Notes under the pieces: generated by a model | What the model saw: the letters and a program-made list of their open reading frames with translations, nothing else | What the model was told of the DNA's origin: nothing | Database searches by the model: none | Shown here: positions 61,750 to 64,000 of the stretch, piece by piece | Position numbering within the stretch: the first letter of the stretch is position 1 | Layout of the letters: every line of letters starts with the position of its first letter | Made by a program: the position numbers and the translations under genes | Virus record (IMG/VR): IMGVR_UViG_3300028048_000075 | Coordinates: 32,001-96,000 of that record | DNA length: 64,000 nt | Reading direction: 5' to 3' (one strand) | Source: a virus | Lineage: Duplodnaviria > Caudoviricetes

Positions 61750-62565
61750 ATGTTATGGATAAAGAATTCAAAATTACGAAAAAGCATATTATTGCTTGTT
61801 GTATTACTATCGTTCTTTGTATCGGGTCTTTCTGCGCAGGCAGGTTCCTCAGATTTAGAGGAATTTCAGGAACTAGCCAGCAGCTTATCGACGGAGTCGT
61901 ACTTAGCAGAGAAACAGCAGATAAACTTGCTGATGAGCTTAATATTGCAAGAGCTTCACTCAGCTCCTCAGAAAACTATGGACAAACAATCCTTGAAGGA
62001 ATTGGAGAATTACGAAAAGCTAGTGAAGTCGGAAGATTATGCTCAGATGCCATTAAGTTATCAATTGAAAGAGATGCGGAAAACAATGAAAATCTACTCA
62101 AAGCTCGAGGAGACTATTTCGAATCAGTCGACTACGCTATCGAATTGGCAACTCAACGTGCTGAACTATATGAGCAAATTGTTCGAACATATGAACAGGC
62201 TGTCTTTTATAATGGAAAAAATAGTAACGAGTCAGAACCAGGACATGGGGTTGGCAATTAACGAATTAAACAAAGCGTTATCAGATGTAGATTTTTTACA
62301 AACACATCTTGCTAGTATGGAAATATTAGCAAGAAAACAAGCTGAAGAAATTGCTGCGTTAAATAACCGATATAAAGGATTAAAACGAGTTAGAATTGGA
62401 AGTCTTTGTATTGGTGGTGCTAGTTTGTTTATCGGTGTCACCGGTTATTTTGTACATAAGACTGATAGTTCTGAAGAACTCGGTAAAATGATGATGTATG
62501 CTGGTGCTACAGCTTTAGGATGTAGTGCAGCAACATTTGGATTAAGTTTTAGCATACCTTTTTAA
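61750..62565 (+). CDS. signal-peptide coiled-coil protein with two C-terminal TM helices (outer gene of nested pair)
   Basis: MLWIKNSKLRKSILLLVVLLSFFVSGLSAQA; helical body; Gly-rich TM hairpin. Confidence 0.65.
   Translation: MLWIKNSKLRKSILLLVVLLSFFVSGLSAQAGSSDLEEFQELASSLSTESYLAEKQQINLLMSLILQELHSAPQKTMDKQSLKELENYEKLVKSEDYAQMPLSYQLKEMRKTMKIYSKLEETISNQSTTLSNWQLNVLNYMSKLFEHMNRLSFIMEKIVTSQNQDMGLAINELNKALSDVDFLQTHLASMEILARKQAEEIAALNNRYKGLKRVRIGSLCIGGASLFIGVTGYFVHKTDSSEELGKMMMYAGATALGCSAATFGLSFSIPF
61755..62261 (+). CDS. type II membrane coiled-coil protein nested in another frame (i-spanin-like)
   Basis: KKHIIACCITIVLCIGSFCAGRF anchor plus heptad-rich body; same GGAG RBS. Confidence 0.65.
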   Translation: MDKEFKITKKHIIACCITIVLCIGSFCAGRFLRFRGISGTSQQLIDGVVLSRETADKLADELNIARASLSSSENYGQTILEGIGELRKASEVGRLCSDAIKLSIERDAENNENLLKARGDYFESVDYAIELATQRAELYEQIVRTYEQAVFYNGKNSNESEPGHGVGN

Positions 62566-62602
62566 AGATACTTATATATTATATTACTGTAGGGAGGATT
62601 CT

Positions 62603-62764
62603 ATGGATGCAGTGTACCTAGAAGATATTTTGTCAGCAAAACGTGGATCTGAAGAAAGAAAACATGCTATTAACAGAGCTAGAGCTTATGTTAATGAAAA
62701 GTATGGAATAGATCTAAAAGATCCTACGAAGTTTCTTATTCAAAATATCGAAGAATCTAAATGA
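62603..62764 (+). CDS. 53-aa early peptide (not in ORF track)
   Basis: GGAGG RBS, early motif 62572. Confidence 0.6.
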   Translation: MDAVYLEDILSAKRGSEERKHAINRARAYVNEKYGIDLKDPTKFLIQNIEESK

Positions 62765-62826
62765 TGGTAATGGTGGAGAGTTTTCTCTCCACCATTAATA
62801 TTTGTTTTCATATTAAGGAGTATAAT

Positions 62827-63348
62827 ATGAGAAACCGATGTGACTGGAACGCAGTCATCGAGGACATTAAAGCAAATGCTGGAAAATATTCTCGAATGGA
62901 TATTTGCGAAAAATATAACATGACTTATTGGGCTTGTACACAATATTTTCATCATCATGAAAATTATGCTAAGCTCTTAAGACATGTTGACAATATCAAG
63001 GTGGATCGCAAACGATTTAAAGAAATCGTTGAGCAGAATCCTAACAAATATTCTGTTGACGATCTCGCAGAAATGTTTTCTGTATCAAGATCTGCAATTT
63101 TCAATTTGATACGCAATGACCCACAGATTACAAAATTGAAAGGTTTGATATGTATATCGTATAGTCATCCAAAGTTCGATTGGGAAACTATCGATAAACG
63201 TGTTTTGCCAATAATTTCGCATTTGAGGGTTACGGATGTCGCGGATTATTATAACATCCAGTTTGCTACAGTTCACAAGCATTACGAAATGCTCAATGTG
63301 ATTGACAAATTTGGAACGGATATTATCAATCCGCTGAATTACTTGTAG
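62827..63348 (+). CDS. tandem HTH-repeat protein (3 units)
   Basis: DWxxIxxDI...KYSxxDIxxKY-type units; AGGAG RBS. Confidence 0.65.
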   Translation: MRNRCDWNAVIEDIKANAGKYSRMDICEKYNMTYWACTQYFHHHENYAKLLRHVDNIKVDRKRFKEIVEQNPNKYSVDDLAEMFSVSRSAIFNLIRNDPQITKLKGLICISYSHPKFDWETIDKRVLPIISHLRVTDVADYYNIQFATVHKHYEMLNVIDKFGTDIINPLNYL

Positions 63349-63379
63349 TGTAATGATAATAATACTGTAAGGAGGTATT

Positions 63380-64000
63380 ATGGAAAAACAAAAACGTGAT
63401 TGGAAAACCATTGAGGATGATATTAGAAATCATCCCGGTGTTTATTCCAAAGCTGATATTACTCGTAAATATCAGTTAAGGAAATTCGAATGTCAAGTAC
63501 ATTTCAGATATCGTCTTGAGTTCGAAGATCTGTTTCGCAACGGGTACGAAAAGTATGACTGGAAAACTGTCGAAGAAGACATTAGACAGAATCCAGGCGT
63601 ATATTCTCGAATGGATATTTGTGAAAAATACAACATTTGTAGAACAGCAGCCATATCCCATTTTAAAAAGAATAAGGAATTCAAACCTTTGCTTTGTGTC
63701 AAAAATCGTAAAGATCTTAGATATGATTGGCAAAGCATAGAGCAAGATGTTAGAGACAATCCTAACAAATACTCTTTTGCAATTATAACTAAGAAATACG
63801 GCATGACATTTTCAGCTTGTATAAATCACTTTAAACATTGTCCAGAATTAAAAGAATTGATTTTGGACGATTCGACGTTCCGAAAGTACAATTGGAAAAT
63901 CATCGAAGATGACATTAAAAGTTGTCCTCGTGGTGAATATTCGATTACCGACATTTGTAAAAAATACGGAACAACGATTACAGCGTGTTTATCACGTTTC
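63380..64000 (+). CDS. tandem HTH-repeat protein (at least 4 units), truncated by window end (not in ORF track)
   Basis: AGGAGG RBS; MEKQKRDWKTIEDDIRNHPGVYSKADITRKY..., open to position 64000. Confidence 0.75.
   Translation, partial: MEKQKRDWKTIEDDIRNHPGVYSKADITRKYQLRKFECQVHFRYRLEFEDLFRNGYEKYDWKTVEEDIRQNPGVYSRMDICEKYNICRTAAISHFKKNKEFKPLLCVKNRKDLRYDWQSIEQDVRDNPNKYSFAIITKKYGMTFSACINHFKHCPELKELILDDSTFRKYNWKIIEDDIKSCPRGEYSITDICKKYGTTITACLSRF

Overview
AT-rich, gene-dense, mostly + strand segment of a jumbo phage of the phiKZ/AR9-like type that encodes split multisubunit RNA polymerases. It holds four RNAP fragments from two distinct enzymes. The non-virion-type set is a beta' N-half with NADFDGD and a beta C-half. 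The virion-type set is a short beta C-terminal piece and a beta' middle piece. Also present are GyrB and GyrA about 42 kb apart, a UvsX/RecA, dUTPase, two HExxH metallopeptidases, a small PolB-like protein, two HNH-like paralogues, large virion/baseplate proteins and tandem-HTH proteins. Two promoter motifs are readable from the DNA and sort genes by function: TTATATATT(A/C)T (early/replication) and (A/G)ACA-N6-TA (late/virion). The most unusual items are: (1) a 1.4 kb non-coding island (5430-6830) with three tRNAs, a tRNA-like RNA with a greatly extended anticodon arm, and several G-U-rich structured RNAs, one with a kissing loop; (2) recurring anti-Shine-Dalgarno plus anti-start-codon cassettes just before terminators; (3) a fully nested, dual-frame, shared-RBS pair of membrane coiled-coil genes (spanin-like); (4) an early operon just upstream of the non-virion beta' gene, encoding an apparently inactivated nuclease-GNAT protein and two paralogous amphipathic-helix proteins. 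All family assignments are by eye; no searches were run.
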